DNA of 63,805 nt, the filler included, from Dirinaria sp. TL-2023a (lineage: Eukaryota): NCBI GenBank assembly GCA_051941275.1. It is 3 parts of 3 records of this genome, joined end to end, with 100 filler letters (N's around TTAATTAATTAA, not from the genome) between each part and the next. Parts side by side here need not be neighbours in the genome. Positions count along the whole stretch, not along the records: positions 1 to 21,268 come from JAVEBF010000263.1; 2 more parts are not named here. One strand, given 5' to 3'. The first letter of the stretch is position 1; each line of letters opens with the position of its first letter. Below the pieces are notes generated by a model that saw nothing but the letters and a program-made list of their open reading frames with translations, searched no databases and was not told where the DNA came from. The position numbers were made by a program, and so were the translations under genes. Positions 1 through 12,486 of this stretch are shown here, in pieces.

Positions 1-705
1 TTGTGAGTCAGACGTTTTATCAGCTCTAGCAGTTGAATAAAAATAGCTTATATCCATATGTCCTAGCTTTCAGATGGGAGATCAACGATAAAAATTCCGA
101 AAACCGTTCTTGAACTCCATGTGTTAGTAATTCAATCGTCTAGAAGGACCGTATAATGTGTAGCATGACGGTGACAATTATGTAATCGCCCCCAAATGCT
201 CTTGATAGGTTAAATATTCAAATGCGCCAACGACGATCAACGACAAACTCCGAATACTTTCTTGAGGATGCTGCAGCAGTACCTTGTCAAACCGATGTTA
301 TCAGAAACAGGAGTAACTCGTAACCAAAATATCGGAACCCACGTGATCGTGATCATGACGACTTCTATCAAACTGATGCGGCCTGACGAGGTTAAGCCAC
401 AAACTCCGGATCCTGCTTCTTCTTTGTCACCATGATGTTATCAGAGATAAGAGCAATTTGTAGGTACCAAAAAACATCGAAACTCACGTGATCATGCGGA
501 CCATGCGAACTTATGCGCTTGGCGGGAATAGGCTGCAAACGCCGAACGGTTTGCTTGATAAGCGCATTCGATGGCGTGCGAGGATGCTGTTGTCACGGTG
601 ATGTTATATGTAAGTGAACCCCTCAACAACTGTTGCAAACTCTTGACCAAGCTTCTCCTGGAACGCGCAGACAATTTTTTGTGCACAGAGAACTCACCAA
701 CAAAC

Positions 706-1842
706 ATGTCTACGCAGATCAACGGTAACAAGGCCAATGGCGCTAGCGGAGGGATCAGCCCAAAGAGTAACTTGACCCGCCCCAATTCATGTAGAATCAA
801 GATAACAATCAAATTAAACCTCCTGCGATTTTTTAGTCACCTTCTATACCAATCACGCCTGCCCATGGGCCCAGCGAGCCCAGATCACACTCAAGGCCCT
901 GGGCCTATCATACGAAGAGGTCATCATACCCCTCGATCGGCCTCGCGAGCGTACGTATTTATTATTGCCCTAGAAATTATCCCTACATCCATCCGTAAAA
1001 AAGGGAAAACCTACCTAACCAAAGCAAACCCCCAAATCCCGCTATATAGAATGGTACCTCGAAATCAATCCTCGAGGGCTCGTCCCCTCCGTGAAGATCT
1101 CCAATGGCATTTTGCACGATGAGATCGTCACCGAATCGGCGATCGTGAGCACCTTTCTCGCGGATAGTTACCCCAGCTCCGCCTTCTGGCCCCCGAGCCA
1201 TGAGAGCCCCACGAGTGCGCTGACCCGCGCTCGCATCACCTTTTTCGTGGATACGTGGTTTTCCAAGGTCAGTAGCCTGTCGTATCCCATCATGAGAGCG
1301 GAGGGCAGCGAGTGGGATGAAAAGGCGAGGGAGCTGGTCAAGGCTGTTGAAAAGGAGATTGAGCCGCTTTTGGAGGGCGCAGCGCCGTTCTTCGGTGGGA
1401 GCACGGTTATCACTTTGGCAGAGGTAGGCTTTTTTTTTTTTTTTTTTCGTTTTACGAATGGGTTTTGACATATACACTGCCTGCTTTTTTGAAGAGGGGG
1501 GGAGAAAGGGGAAAGACAGAGTTTTCAACCAAATATTCCGCTGGCAAATGGAAGGTGCCATTCCATTTGTGGTTAACCCCGAAGAAAGGACGCGGCGACA
1601 ATGTCGAGAACAATATGAGACTGATATGTCGGCAGGCTTTGACGGCCCCGTTTGTGATCCGACTGCAGACGTTTAGCGAAGCCGGATACTTACCATCAAG
1701 TCTACTCAAGGACTTGAAGGCATTGCCCAACTACAGCAAGTGGAGCGAGGCACTCTCTACTGAGAAGAGTGTCACGTTGAATTATGATGGCCCCAGTATT
1801 GCCAAGTTGACGGCGCAAAAGATGAATCTGAAGGGCAAGTAG
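706..1842 (+). CDS. Glutathione S-transferase, omega/lambda-like (4 exons; introns ~767-836, 951-1049, 1424-1635)
   Basis: Spliced translation gives TFYTNHACPWAQRAQITL (CPWA active site), WYLEINPRGLVPSV, ESAIVSTFLAD and PFFGGSTVITLAE|ALTAPFVIR. GT..AG introns restore the frame. Confidence 0.88.
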
Positions 1843-2128
1843 GTCATAGTTTGCACACGAGAGAGGGTATGGCAGGATAATTATGATTACGAGATCCGAT
1901 CATTAGTCGACTGGCGTCAGCTTTCCTCACATTGAAAAATGAATGATTCAATCTTTTATTGATTGTCACCCTGGCACGTCAACCTGTACCGCGATCAATA
2001 GGGATGATAGCTAGCATGAAATTAATACTTTAGGGGCTGCTCTGCCCCCTATAAGCTTAGTTAACAACTACCAGGAAACGTCTCATTTCTCTAGAGGAAA
2101 ATTCATCTCTTGTTTCGACACCAAGTAC

Positions 2129-5100
2129 TTAGTGGTTTGCGTCAATAGTAGAAGACCGAGTTAGCTTCTCGTCCAATGACAGTGGAGTTAGCGAATCAAT
2201 CAAACGCCTCCATACTTGCGTGGCTTCATCCTCAGAATCGCCACCCGTCAATGTTGCTCTGTCACCAATAATAATGCAAGCACATCTGGCGCGGGTAAGC
2301 ACGACATTCAGCCGGCGCATATCTTTCAGGAAGCCAATGTCTGCATGTACATTACACCTGGTCGAAACAAAGATCACAACGTCTGCTTCCCGCCCTTGGA
2401 AACCGTCAATGCTATGGACAACCACAGCAGACTTTCGCAGCTCCTGCAGAAGCTCCACTTGCCGAGAATATGGAGCCAGGACCGCCACTGAAGGATGTGT
2501 AGGAGAGCTACCTGGGTCGCTTGACTCTGGCAGCAGCATCCTGCATGCTCTTTTGGTAAGCTCTGCTTGACCTTGGTTGCTTTTGGATTTGCGGCCTAGG
2601 TCTTCAGTGGCCGAACACTGCAGGAAGAACATGCGCGCAAGCTTTCCTTGCTCCTCGCAAGGCCATGGGAAGGATGCTGGGAGGAGAGGTCGGTCTTCAT
2701 CTTGAACAGCGGTCTTCAAGCGGCTTTCATAGAATTCTGTCGAACTGAACGCACTTATAGAGCTCTGCATCCGATACTGAGTATCCAGCATCACTTTGCT
2801 CAGAAATGGACGATGATTAGGTAAGGAATAGAGACGCTCGAACATGGAGACTTCAAAGCCGACGAGTCTGGCGTGGTGAATGACCGTGGCTCGAAGCTGA
2901 ACGTGGTCACCAACAAGGATGGCCTTAGAGCACCCCTTGGCCAGCGGAACGAGTGACTGTGGCTCCGTCTGTTGCGATGCCTCGTCGATGATCACAGTGT
3001 CGAACATCTCAGTTCGCAAAAGTCCAAGACCTGCGCCAATGCATGTTGTGAAGACCATGCGACACTGATTAATCTGCCTCTGGGCCTTTTTACGACCTGC
3101 CGGATTCTCGTTCAGGTCCTTACCGTACATAGCGTCACAAGTGTATTGCCTCAGATCTTCCGCAACCCTTCGAACCTAAAAAGATGGTCAATCTCCAGCG
3201 AGACGTTACGATACGTTGATCAGGGACTTACATCGGTCGAGACGCGCAGAGCATATTTCACACCTCCGCCCCGCATTCTTGCATGAGCCAAGTATTTCCT
3301 CATGATGTTATCCACGGCATTATGAGTGGGCGCTGTAACCAGTATTCGGCGCTCAGGGTTCGATGAAAGAAGCTCGAGAGCGACAGCAAGCGTATGAGTC
3401 TTGCCTGTGCCAGGTGGTCCCCAAACACACGTCAAGGGACTGGTCATAGCCAGCATAATTGCATCCTCCTGGCTCTGGTTGAGATCGTCACGCTGGAGCA
3501 CAGTGATGCCATCGTTGGCCTCATCCAGAAAGTGATCATCGTCGAGTGCTAACAGTCTCGATTGAAGGTTGCAAAATCGTGCTGGTGCGGTGATGAAATT
3601 ATTGAGTGCCTCGAACATCGCTTTGCTCGTCACAAAAGACCCACAGTGCTTCACCCTCCACGAGCATTCTTCGAGGAAAGGGGGGATGGGATGCAAAAAT
3701 CGGAAGGAGACATATCCTGGCTGCGCTGCCTCAACTAAGGCGTCGACTGAAGACGGTCTGGATTCAAGGCTGTTCGTCGGTAGAGTTGATGCCGTGAATT
3801 GGACGTGATCATTTGCATGGAATCGTATTGAGGAATGAGAGTCAATCCGGACATGACTTTTCACAAGTTCTGTCTCCACATCAAATGTTAGGTTGAGCAG
3901 ATCTTCCCGGACTGATAAAGACTCATTTGCTTCGTCAGCATGTTCGATAGCAATTCCAATACAGTTCTTGACAAAATATTGCACAAGCTTAGGCATTCCC
4001 ACTAGAAGTCGTGTGCTCTCTGGTTCAAGACAGCCGAGGAGAAGGTCAAGCACTACATCAGGCGTATGAACCATGAGAGAAATAGTCTCAGTCAAGTAGC
4101 TAAATGATGTGAATGAGAGTTGTGATACCTGTGATAAAGTGTATTTAAAAGGCTGGACCACAAGGAAGTTTACGTCATTTGCTGATGCTATGATGGAATC
4201 AAGGATATCCATCACCCTCTCATTCAAGAGTCTCTGAATAGGTTCACAGAGTTCTGCCCACAGCCCCAGGCGTGTAAAGGTTATCACCAGAGATGGCCGT
4301 TTTCGAAGAAAGTCCACCATCTTTTCTAGCACGAAAGGCTTTGGCTCTTGATGGGAACGGACCGTAACGGAAGATAGGAGATGCTCGAATACTGTCCGAA
4401 GCGTGACATTTTGACCATGACTCAGTAGCCATTCAAGCAGTTCGACCTGTTCTTCGGGCTGTTGCAGTGTTGGAAGTTTGAAGAATTGTGCATCTCGTGC
4501 TATATCGCAGATGAGTGCTGGTGTCTGAGCCCAGTCGACGTCTTTCATAGTTGGTAATGCATATTGCTTTTCTGTATTGTCGAACAAAGGCAATGTCTCA
4601 CGAGTATCAATCAAGCTAAGCCACTGATCCAGTATTTGTAGAGATCTACTGTCTCGATTACTGATGACGTAGACTTCTGCTCCGACGACGGCGTTTCTGT
4701 TAATCCTACCCACATGCTTGGTCAGGCTAGCGCTGAATTTGCCGAGAGCTATGCTCATGATCCAATCATGATTGGTACCTTGCTCGAGAGTAGCAAACCT
4801 GGCTCGTCTTCTATCCCCTTGGCCGGTAAGATCTCTATAAGTTGAATCATTAGAACCCGGTTTGGTAAGAAAGACCCAAGTGTTTGCTCGCTTCGTCTGG
4901 TAGAGTTGGAAGCCCCCGTCATCCAAGTACAGACGATAATCAATCTTAGTATTGAGAGAGAGTCGATGAGTAGTAGAGCTTTCCTGAGAATGAGGGAACG
5001 CAAAGAGGCGAACTCCATCGTTGACCACGCATTCTTGACTCTTTTGTACGCGACTTGGGATGTAGATTGCGAGGGTCAGCCTTGTGTCGGCTCGAATGAC

Positions 5101-7412
5101 GATCAGCTTTCGATGGAATAGTTCTGCGACTCGGCCTGTAGTCTCCATGAACCTACCCAAACGGTCAGTACTGGAGTCGAAGACGCACTTCCACCTGATC
5201 AAGGGGATATCAAGCTTGAAATATCGAAGCTCTTCCGTGGAAAGTAATTTGGAACCTAAAAGGGCGTTTTGAACCAAGCTGGGAATATATTTTTCAGGAG
5301 GCAGTTGTGCGACCACCCAGCTCTTCTCCTCATCCGACATTTGATTGAAATCAAAGTAGTCAAGAAAATCTTTCAGTGGATTTTTATTGCGAGCGCACCA
5401 CTCTGCTGTCATTTTGAAAAGCTCGAACTCGGAAAACGCTACGTTGTCTCTGCACAAGAGCACTTCTATCCCCTCTGTTGGCAGACCACTCAGCTGAGTC
5501 GCCAAGTGAAAACTAGACACTAAGACTTTAGCATCTTCGTGGAGAGCATCCAGAACGAACGGTGAAGCACTAGCAGCCGACTTCGGAGGCTCTTCTAAGT
5601 GGTGAGGGACCTTAATGCGGTTTCCGTCGACACACCTCGAGAAAAGATAGTTCAATTCTTGGCACTCTGAGCTCATGGGTCCGTTCAATCTTGCCCAATC
5701 CATGTAGAGATTTTTGACTCGACCGAGAGACGCATTCGTGTATGCCGCAAAGTATCTGAGCCGGTCATCATAGGAAATCTTGGCAAAGGTGACCGGTTCT
5801 TCCGCGCCCTGGTAACTAGCAGCTTGCGAGATCCTGCTTGGAATGAGATCGCTGTCCCAACATACAAAAACTGAGTTTTGGTCAGTGGATTGTTCAGCAT
5901 AGAGAATCATCTCTCACATTTGTCCCCATCGAGGTCTCCTCCTGACATCAGGTCGGCACTTGGACGCCGTCCTTGAGTAGGGAATGCTATGCAGTCCACC
6001 AGGTGCACAAGTTCGTCCCGCTGAACAGCTTTAAATTTCTGCACGTCTCCGGGATGCAGACAGGGATTTCTGGTCACGAGTACTTCCGTTCCCACAATGG
6101 TTCTCGGTACACCGTCTCCATCCATTGTGATTCTAAGAAAACATTCCCCGCTCTTCAACGAGGCTCTTGGGTCACATACCCCGAACACGAGCCTCGATTT
6201 TGGGATAAGAATTCGGCATCTTTGTTCATCTCTCTTGTTTATCATTCTGCTGTATTCGTTGTTGATGCGACCTCGTACTGTTGCTTCCACGGATTCAAGG
6301 CCTTCCATCAAGACTCTTTCGGCCAAATGTGGCTCATCGAGGTATGAAAGTAAACGGAAGGCAGATCTAGCGTCACGAGGAGCCGTAGAAAGGAAGTCCA
6401 GATACTCTCTTTGTTTTTGATGAAAGGTAGAATGTGGGATTCCCAAAGCCTCTAAAAGCAGAATAATCTCATCGTTTAGATAGCCAAAGCTGTACGGCTT
6501 GGAGTATTCCACAACGGAAAAAGTGAGATCAGGTGTATTCTCGATCTTCTTCATGGAATCTCTGAACTGAGCCAAAATCCGGCCCTTGAGGTTGGGTTCG
6601 AGCTCCAGTACTCCTTTGTACCCTCTATATCGAATCTGGAAAACAGAGGGCAAATATCGGTTGTTACGAAAGCGAATATCGAGCTTCTGTACCAACAGTC
6701 GGGCCAGGTGTGTTGAGATCAGGCCACAGCCGTCAGTAAATTTATAATTGCCCTGCGTAATATCTGGAATGTCTTGGCAACGGTCTGGCTGGAGCTGGCT
6801 TGCCACTTCGGCAGCAGAGAAGAGAAGGCCGATTCGTTTGGCCAACTTTGCGACCGTCTTGATTTTGGCAAAGTCTCCCAGAACATTGATTTTCCTTGAT
6901 ATTTCCTCTTTACTCGCCGCACAAAGGAAGCATGTCTTCGATTTCAGCTGGCTATTGCTGTGTCCATAGAAGCGATACTGAACATTGTTGATGTAAATCC
7001 CAGAGCTCAAAAGTCTCACGATATATTCGGTAGATTCTTTTGGTGGCGTTGGTTGTGACTCCTCGGGGCTTTTTGTTCGATATTCGTTACTCAATGGATA
7101 TTGGAGTCTGAATTTCTCAAAAGAGATAGATATGAAGCAATCTAATGCGTCCATGTCCACTGCCCTATTCGCAAACTGTCTCCTAAACCGCAGAGTAATT
7201 TCTTGCCTCTTTCGATCGGAGACGACGGCGATCGATTTGATGAAGCCAAGGTTATTGGTAATCGACGGTGACGGTAAATTTGGTACTGTATAAACCCATC
7301 GTTGATCATTAGGTCGAATCTCCCGCTGGAGAACGTAGCAGAAGTTTGATAGCGGGGTCGAAGCCATACTTATTGTCTGCTGCCGCGATAATCGTTCAGC
7401 TAAAGGTTGCAT
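2129..7412 (-). CDS. Fusion protein: cellular (RNAi-type) RNA-dependent RNA polymerase + BACK-like segment + UPF1/DNA2/NAM7-like SF1B helicase, ~1726 aa (exons 7412-5918, 5870-3232, 3175-2129)
   Basis: RdRP motifs: TDGCG, FQIRYRGYKG, RNPCLHPGD, SGGDLDGDK|FFVCWD. Helicase motifs: LNQSQ, GPPGTGKT, APTHNAVDN, IIDEASQ, GDHVQL, QYRM, DGFQGRE, RRLNVVLTRAR. Introns 5871-5917 (GTGAGA..CTGAC..CAG) and 3176-3231 (GTAAGT..TAG) join the three ORFs in frame (5181 nt). Confidence 0.88.
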
Positions 7413-7753
7413 TTACTGGAATTGCCTTCTCTGCAAAGCTCATAGGATACAACGGCCATGGCTCGTTGAAATGTGCAAAATCTCCCAGTAGGCAATCAAA
7501 CACAGGACGCTCTTCGTGCTATGCTGCGACGATCGCTGATACAACTTGTTGAGAGGTTGGGCGCATGCAGTGATAAATTCAGTATCTTGAAGGGAAAAAA
7601 GGGAGGGGTCATCGGCGATATGACGGACCGTCACTGGCCCTCGCTTGATCGTGAACCTCGACCATGTGAGGTGATATCCAACACAACCAAAGACTGTCAG
7701 CATCATCCACTCCCTGACCAAATCCAGTGAGTGATCTCTGCCCAAAACAAGCA

Positions 7754-8395
7754 ATGACGACCGGACGTCGTCTCGAAACGATGGCATCGAGACCACCTAA
7801 TATCTACATCATCGGCGCCCAAAGCACCGGCAAAACCACCCTAGTTTCTGCGCTGGGCCAGCACTTCAGTCAACCAAGAACCTACTGCGACGAGCCAGTC
7901 AGCCAACCGAGGATCATCAAGGAGGTCGCTCGTAATATCCTCCGCTCGCACCATTTCACAGCCTCCGATATTGCAAACTCTAAACACAGAGCTTTGGAGT
8001 TACAAAGTCTCATACTCGAGGCCCAATCCGAGCTCGAACGAGCCTCTTTACCAGATTGGTACATCTCAGATCGATCCGGTCTCGATCCGCTAGCGTACGC
8101 TCATCGATACGTAGGACACGAGGCGGCGAAGCAACTGAGACAAGGTGAGGCGTGGAAAGACGTCGAAAAGAGACTGGGAACGGGTCTGGTAGTCGTTTGC
8201 GCAACAGGAGGGGATTGGCTGATCGATGATGGGATCAGGCTGATGCCGAAGAGCAAAGATGACTGGATGGAGTTCCAGTCTATTTTTTGCTCTCTTCTTG
8301 ACGAGTTGGAAATGCAGTATACCATCTTGCCGAGTTCAATTAGGGATCTCGCGAGCAGGGTCGATTTTGTTCTTGAGAGATGGAAACATCGATAG
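7754..8395 (+). CDS. NadR/AAA_28-type P-loop nucleoside/nucleotide kinase-like protein (ATG at 7754 or 7781)
   Basis: NIYIIGAQSTGKTTL Walker A, IIKEVAR, ISDRSGLDPLAY (the DRxxxD motif of NadR/dNK-type kinases) and DDGIR. Single exon. Confidence 0.8.
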   Translation: MTTGRRLETMASRPPNIYIIGAQSTGKTTLVSALGQHFSQPRTYCDEPVSQPRIIKEVARNILRSHHFTASDIANSKHRALELQSLILEAQSELERASLPDWYISDRSGLDPLAYAHRYVGHEAAKQLRQGEAWKDVEKRLGTGLVVVCATGGDWLIDDGIRLMPKSKDDWMEFQSIFCSLLDELEMQYTILPSSIRDLASRVDFVLERWKHR

Positions 8396-9945
8396 ACATC
8401 GTCGATTCTGTGAATCAGATGAAGGACTAAATTCGGTCGCTACGGCAGGAGTGCTCATACCAATGTGATAAGGTCAGACATGCTATCTTTGGTAAAGGAA
8501 GACGGACACGGCTTGTGGGGAGAATCGACGAGGAGGATTGTGCAAGCGTAAGATGTCGAGGACTATACCCTCTTATCAGCCTTAGCTCTCTCCACATAAT
8601 GAGATGATACTAAACCTCCGAATACGTGAAGCTATCTTCACCTGGGTTGTCCAAGTCTTTCAAGCCTCCTTCACAGACTCATTTGATCTCAACTATCGTC
8701 CGGTCTCACACACCATGCAGAGCCCTGACCATAATCAGATACATTTTTACATTGGAATTGTAATGTTTTTCCGCTTCCACGCTCCTTAACATCCAAGCCT
8801 CTCCAACCTAACTCCGGAAGCCTGCACCATAAGGCCGACTCGAAACCTTGACTGATCCTTCCCCATCTTACTCTGGTCCAACGCCGGTGTATTTACTATA
8901 CTTTTGCTGCATCGGTATCCATCCATTTCGGATCCTTATGCTCTTCAGCCGTCCGGGTGGTAGGAGGACCTTCAGAGATCTCTGTCGCTACTTCCGGTCA
9001 CATTTGCGAAACTTGCAACAAGAGTCGAGCAAGAGTCTAATAACTTCTGCAGCAATTTTATGAGTCGGCAGTCAGGTGATGGCTTGGGTACAGCGAGTCC
9101 GCTGCGGTGGACTCATAGGGCGCACTCGCACGAAAGCCTCCTCCGCAAGGATAAAATTTTCTATATGATATCTGGGACGTGTCAGTCGATGAAACAAATT
9201 CTGTGCTTGTGAAAATCTGCATTGATTAAGATGGTGTTGACAGGTTAAAGCATCATTGCGATCGAACTCGTCGGCGCTGTGGTAAGCATCCACACACAAG
9301 AAGAAATTAGCGGAAGAGACTCGTTTGTTTGTTTACTAACGGAGATAAAAATTTTTCTCGGGCTTCTGTAATGCCTTACGTAAGCATCATCTTGCCTTAT
9401 TCGCCATCAAGGACGAGAAGGCCACAGACCGAAGCACATCTCGATTCCGTTTTCGGACAATTTAGAATCTCAGCCTTCCCACGCTTTCATACTAGCGATA
9501 TTATTGAGTTCCAAACGAAAAGAGGGTTGTTCCAATTAGAAAAGGGTTATTCATTGATCAATGACCCTTATTCAAGGCGAGTCTTACCTGCCGTTCACTG
9601 ACCGGCAAAATCGGTATCAGCGGCGTAGCTAGCATGCTTCACTAGGTAAGGGAGCCAGGTTCAGCTGGCAGCATCTTCCGTGTCACTCCATATACGACCG
9701 TCTCTTTTTAGGAGAGAAAGAGATATCAGCAGAAAATATGTTAGAAAGCCGCTTGTAGTAGAGGCTAGGGTTGGCAGAGGTGGAGGCACGGTTTGCGACA
9801 CGCGCGAAATAATACAAGCGTTATGGAGATTAGTCCTTATTTCGCTATCCATCAAAATTACCACACGTATGCGATAAGCAAGCTATACTTGAGAGGAGAT
9901 TGAGCTCGGAGTTGATGACTTGCATTGCATACTCTTCGCCCCTGC

Positions 9946-11247
9946 TCAAATAGCCTGACCAGCTCCAATCCATACTCGGTAGCTATACCACGGCCCTTCC
10001 CGTGCATCAACATTTCGATACTGGAAAGTCGGACTCAACTCCAGCTGATTTGTACAGAAATATAGATATCCGTCCCAAATCGCAGCCGAATCGGCATGCT
10101 GAATGAGTCCGCTTCGAACCAATGTCTTGACTACATAGTTCTCTGTAGCTACTGGCCCCTCTCCACCACTTTTCACACCATTGACCTCCTCTGTGATGTA
10201 CTGCTGCTGGGTCTGGACCTGGTAGATGGCGTTTTGCTCGCTCGCCATCATGTACAGGACCCCTTTGTCGTCCGCCGTAAAGCCAGCCTGCTCAGAGCCT
10301 AATTGACCAGGAAAGGCGACTGCATCTAGTACTTCTTGATCGCTGGCCGATAAATTGGCTAAGATGGACTGCGGGATGTAGTAAAATCTACGCGAGGCGA
10401 GCACGCCCCAGTACACGTTCCCAGACTGAAGAGCGATGCCGTCCGACCCAGTGTGCGTGAACATCTTCTGAGTCCCGTTCCAGCTATAGACAGGCTGCCC
10501 GTTATAAGAGCCCACATAGCCGGGGTCTGCTTTGACGACCGAGGTGTTGAATAGACGCCGTACAGCGGAACCACTATCGAGATCGATAGCAACGAGGGAG
10601 CCGTATTGGCTTTCATCGGTGATAAACGCAAAGCCACCTGTCCCGACGGAGTTATTGATACGGACGTCATTAGCATTCATGCCATCATGATAAAGCGCCG
10701 GAGGAATAGGATAGCTCCGGATCAGGCTTCCATTGTTGGTCAGATTGAAAGACATGACTTTTGCGCCGTTAGGAGTCGCGGCCATGGAGCCTGGAGGAAT
10801 GCCGCTGTCAACGACCCACATTACGTGCTCTGGGTCTTTTGGGTCAAGGACGACGTTTTGCACATTGATAAAGCAGGTAGAAGGATCTTGATTGCCTGTA
10901 CAATTCTGAATTTCCGCGTTCGGCCATGCTCTTTCGTCTGTGAAATTAGTGGCGATTACTACATTATTAGGAGTCGCTCCAGTGTTTCGAGGGTAGGTTA
11001 GATAGACGTTCAAGGAAGGGTCAACGGCAAAGCCGGTAGGCGGTCGCTCCACGCTGGCATGAACAGCTTGCAGAGGTGGTCCGATGATGTCGAATGACTG
11101 CGGTGTCCCACCAATACTGAGATTGTTACTGTATGTCTGACCGCCTTCGAAGGGTGGACACGCTAGAAAGGGACAATTGGTTGCAACAAGACTTTGGGCT
11201 GCTAGAAGGTTTGCAGCCACAGACAAGCATAAAAGAATAGCAATCAT
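9946..11247 (-). CDS. Secreted major royal jelly protein/yellow family beta-propeller
   Basis: Signal peptide followed by FINVQNVVLD, MWVVDSG, NANDVRI, FAFITD, SDGIAL and LYFCTNQL motifs; intact 433-aa ORF. Confidence 0.85.
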   Translation of the reverse strand: MIAILLCLSVAANLLAAQSLVATNCPFLACPPFEGGQTYSNNLSIGGTPQSFDIIGPPLQAVHASVERPPTGFAVDPSLNVYLTYPRNTGATPNNVVIATNFTDERAWPNAEIQNCTGNQDPSTCFINVQNVVLDPKDPEHVMWVVDSGIPPGSMAATPNGAKVMSFNLTNNGSLIRSYPIPPALYHDGMNANDVRINNSVGTGGFAFITDESQYGSLVAIDLDSGSAVRRLFNTSVVKADPGYVGSYNGQPVYSWNGTQKMFTHTGSDGIALQSGNVYWGVLASRRFYYIPQSILANLSASDQEVLDAVAFPGQLGSEQAGFTADDKGVLYMMASEQNAIYQVQTQQQYITEEVNGVKSGGEGPVATENYVVKTLVRSGLIQHADSAAIWDGYLYFCTNQLELSPTFQYRNVDAREGPWYSYRVWIGAGQAI

Positions 11248-12486
11248 TCTGAATGTAATTTTGTAGTCGATTTCAGTTGTTCACGAATGGCTGTTGCAAG
11301 AGCTGGTCTGAAAGTTTTGTTGAATTCAGTCTCGAAGTTGAGTGTGCAGCGTTTGGTCTCTGGGATACGTCATCATCCTGCGTCTAAGTTCCGGCAATTA
11401 TTCACAGCATCGCCGCGCTCAGCAAATGGAACTTAAAACTTCAGATACTCATGACGGATTATTCTGCATTGGAACTTCGTGACGGTATCTGTGCTAAACA
11501 CGCATCACTTATTGCCCGGTCCTTTAGCCACCGCTGCCTGCCAAGCTTATCTACGGTTGAACTGCATCGACCACAGATAATCGGCAATTCATGGAACAAT
11601 GATACCCATTCGATGTTATCCATGTGCTTGGCATGTGGTGGCAGTGAGATAAATATCAGTGTATAAGCGATGATAAAGCTGAGCAGATGAACATACGATA
11701 TGACGTTGTATATGTGGCGGTGGGGTGGCTGGGTATATGGTAGTAAGTAGACGATCAAAAATCACAATGTTTACTTCCAGATGTTGACTGAAAAAAAGCA
11801 GCTCGTTAAAACTCCCGCTCTCCATGACATAACGGCGCATAGCGGCTTAGGGCAAACGAATTTGAAGAACTGCCTGTTTCCGCTGGCCCGAGCTATGGTC
11901 CCTAGCGACGCTAATTAGTACGATACGGAGTACGGAGTACATACGCACTACGTACAGTAGTGAGGGGAAGCCAACGAAATCCCAGAAATAATGCCCCGGT
12001 AAATGGACCTGTCCCTGCATATATGCGACGCAAGATTGGTTCAAGACGGACATGCACAGCCGCCCTAGCAGACACCTGACCCTAGCCACCGCTGCTCTGG
12101 GCCTTGACATGCTGAAAATTCCTCACGAAATACAATTGCGATCTTTGCCTCCCTACTGCTTCAAAATGATTAGAAGCAAAGATCAGCAGATTAATCGAGA
12201 GTGTTCGGGGGGGGCCGGAAGAGGAACGGTAAGGATTCAGGATCTTTTGCAAGCGTACTGAGTAGTACGATCAGTGCCGACATCGGCACACTTTGCTTCC
12301 CGCATCCTTCCGCCAGTCATGCGACTGCCACTTCGTAAGTTTCTACCTTCTGTACCATCTTGTGCAGATTTCAATGTGTAATAATTTATCTCCTTTCTTT
12401 CCTTCGCCTCTCTCTTTTGGTTTCTTTTCGAGAATTCACTGCCTGCTTGTCGCATTGCAAGATAATCTCTGATAATTATCGTAAAA

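Noticed and set aside
5907..7412. Endogenised viral RdRP
   Set aside because: The motifs are those of the cellular double-psi-barrel RdRP (DLDGD), not the viral palm GDD type, and the gene has spliceosomal introns.
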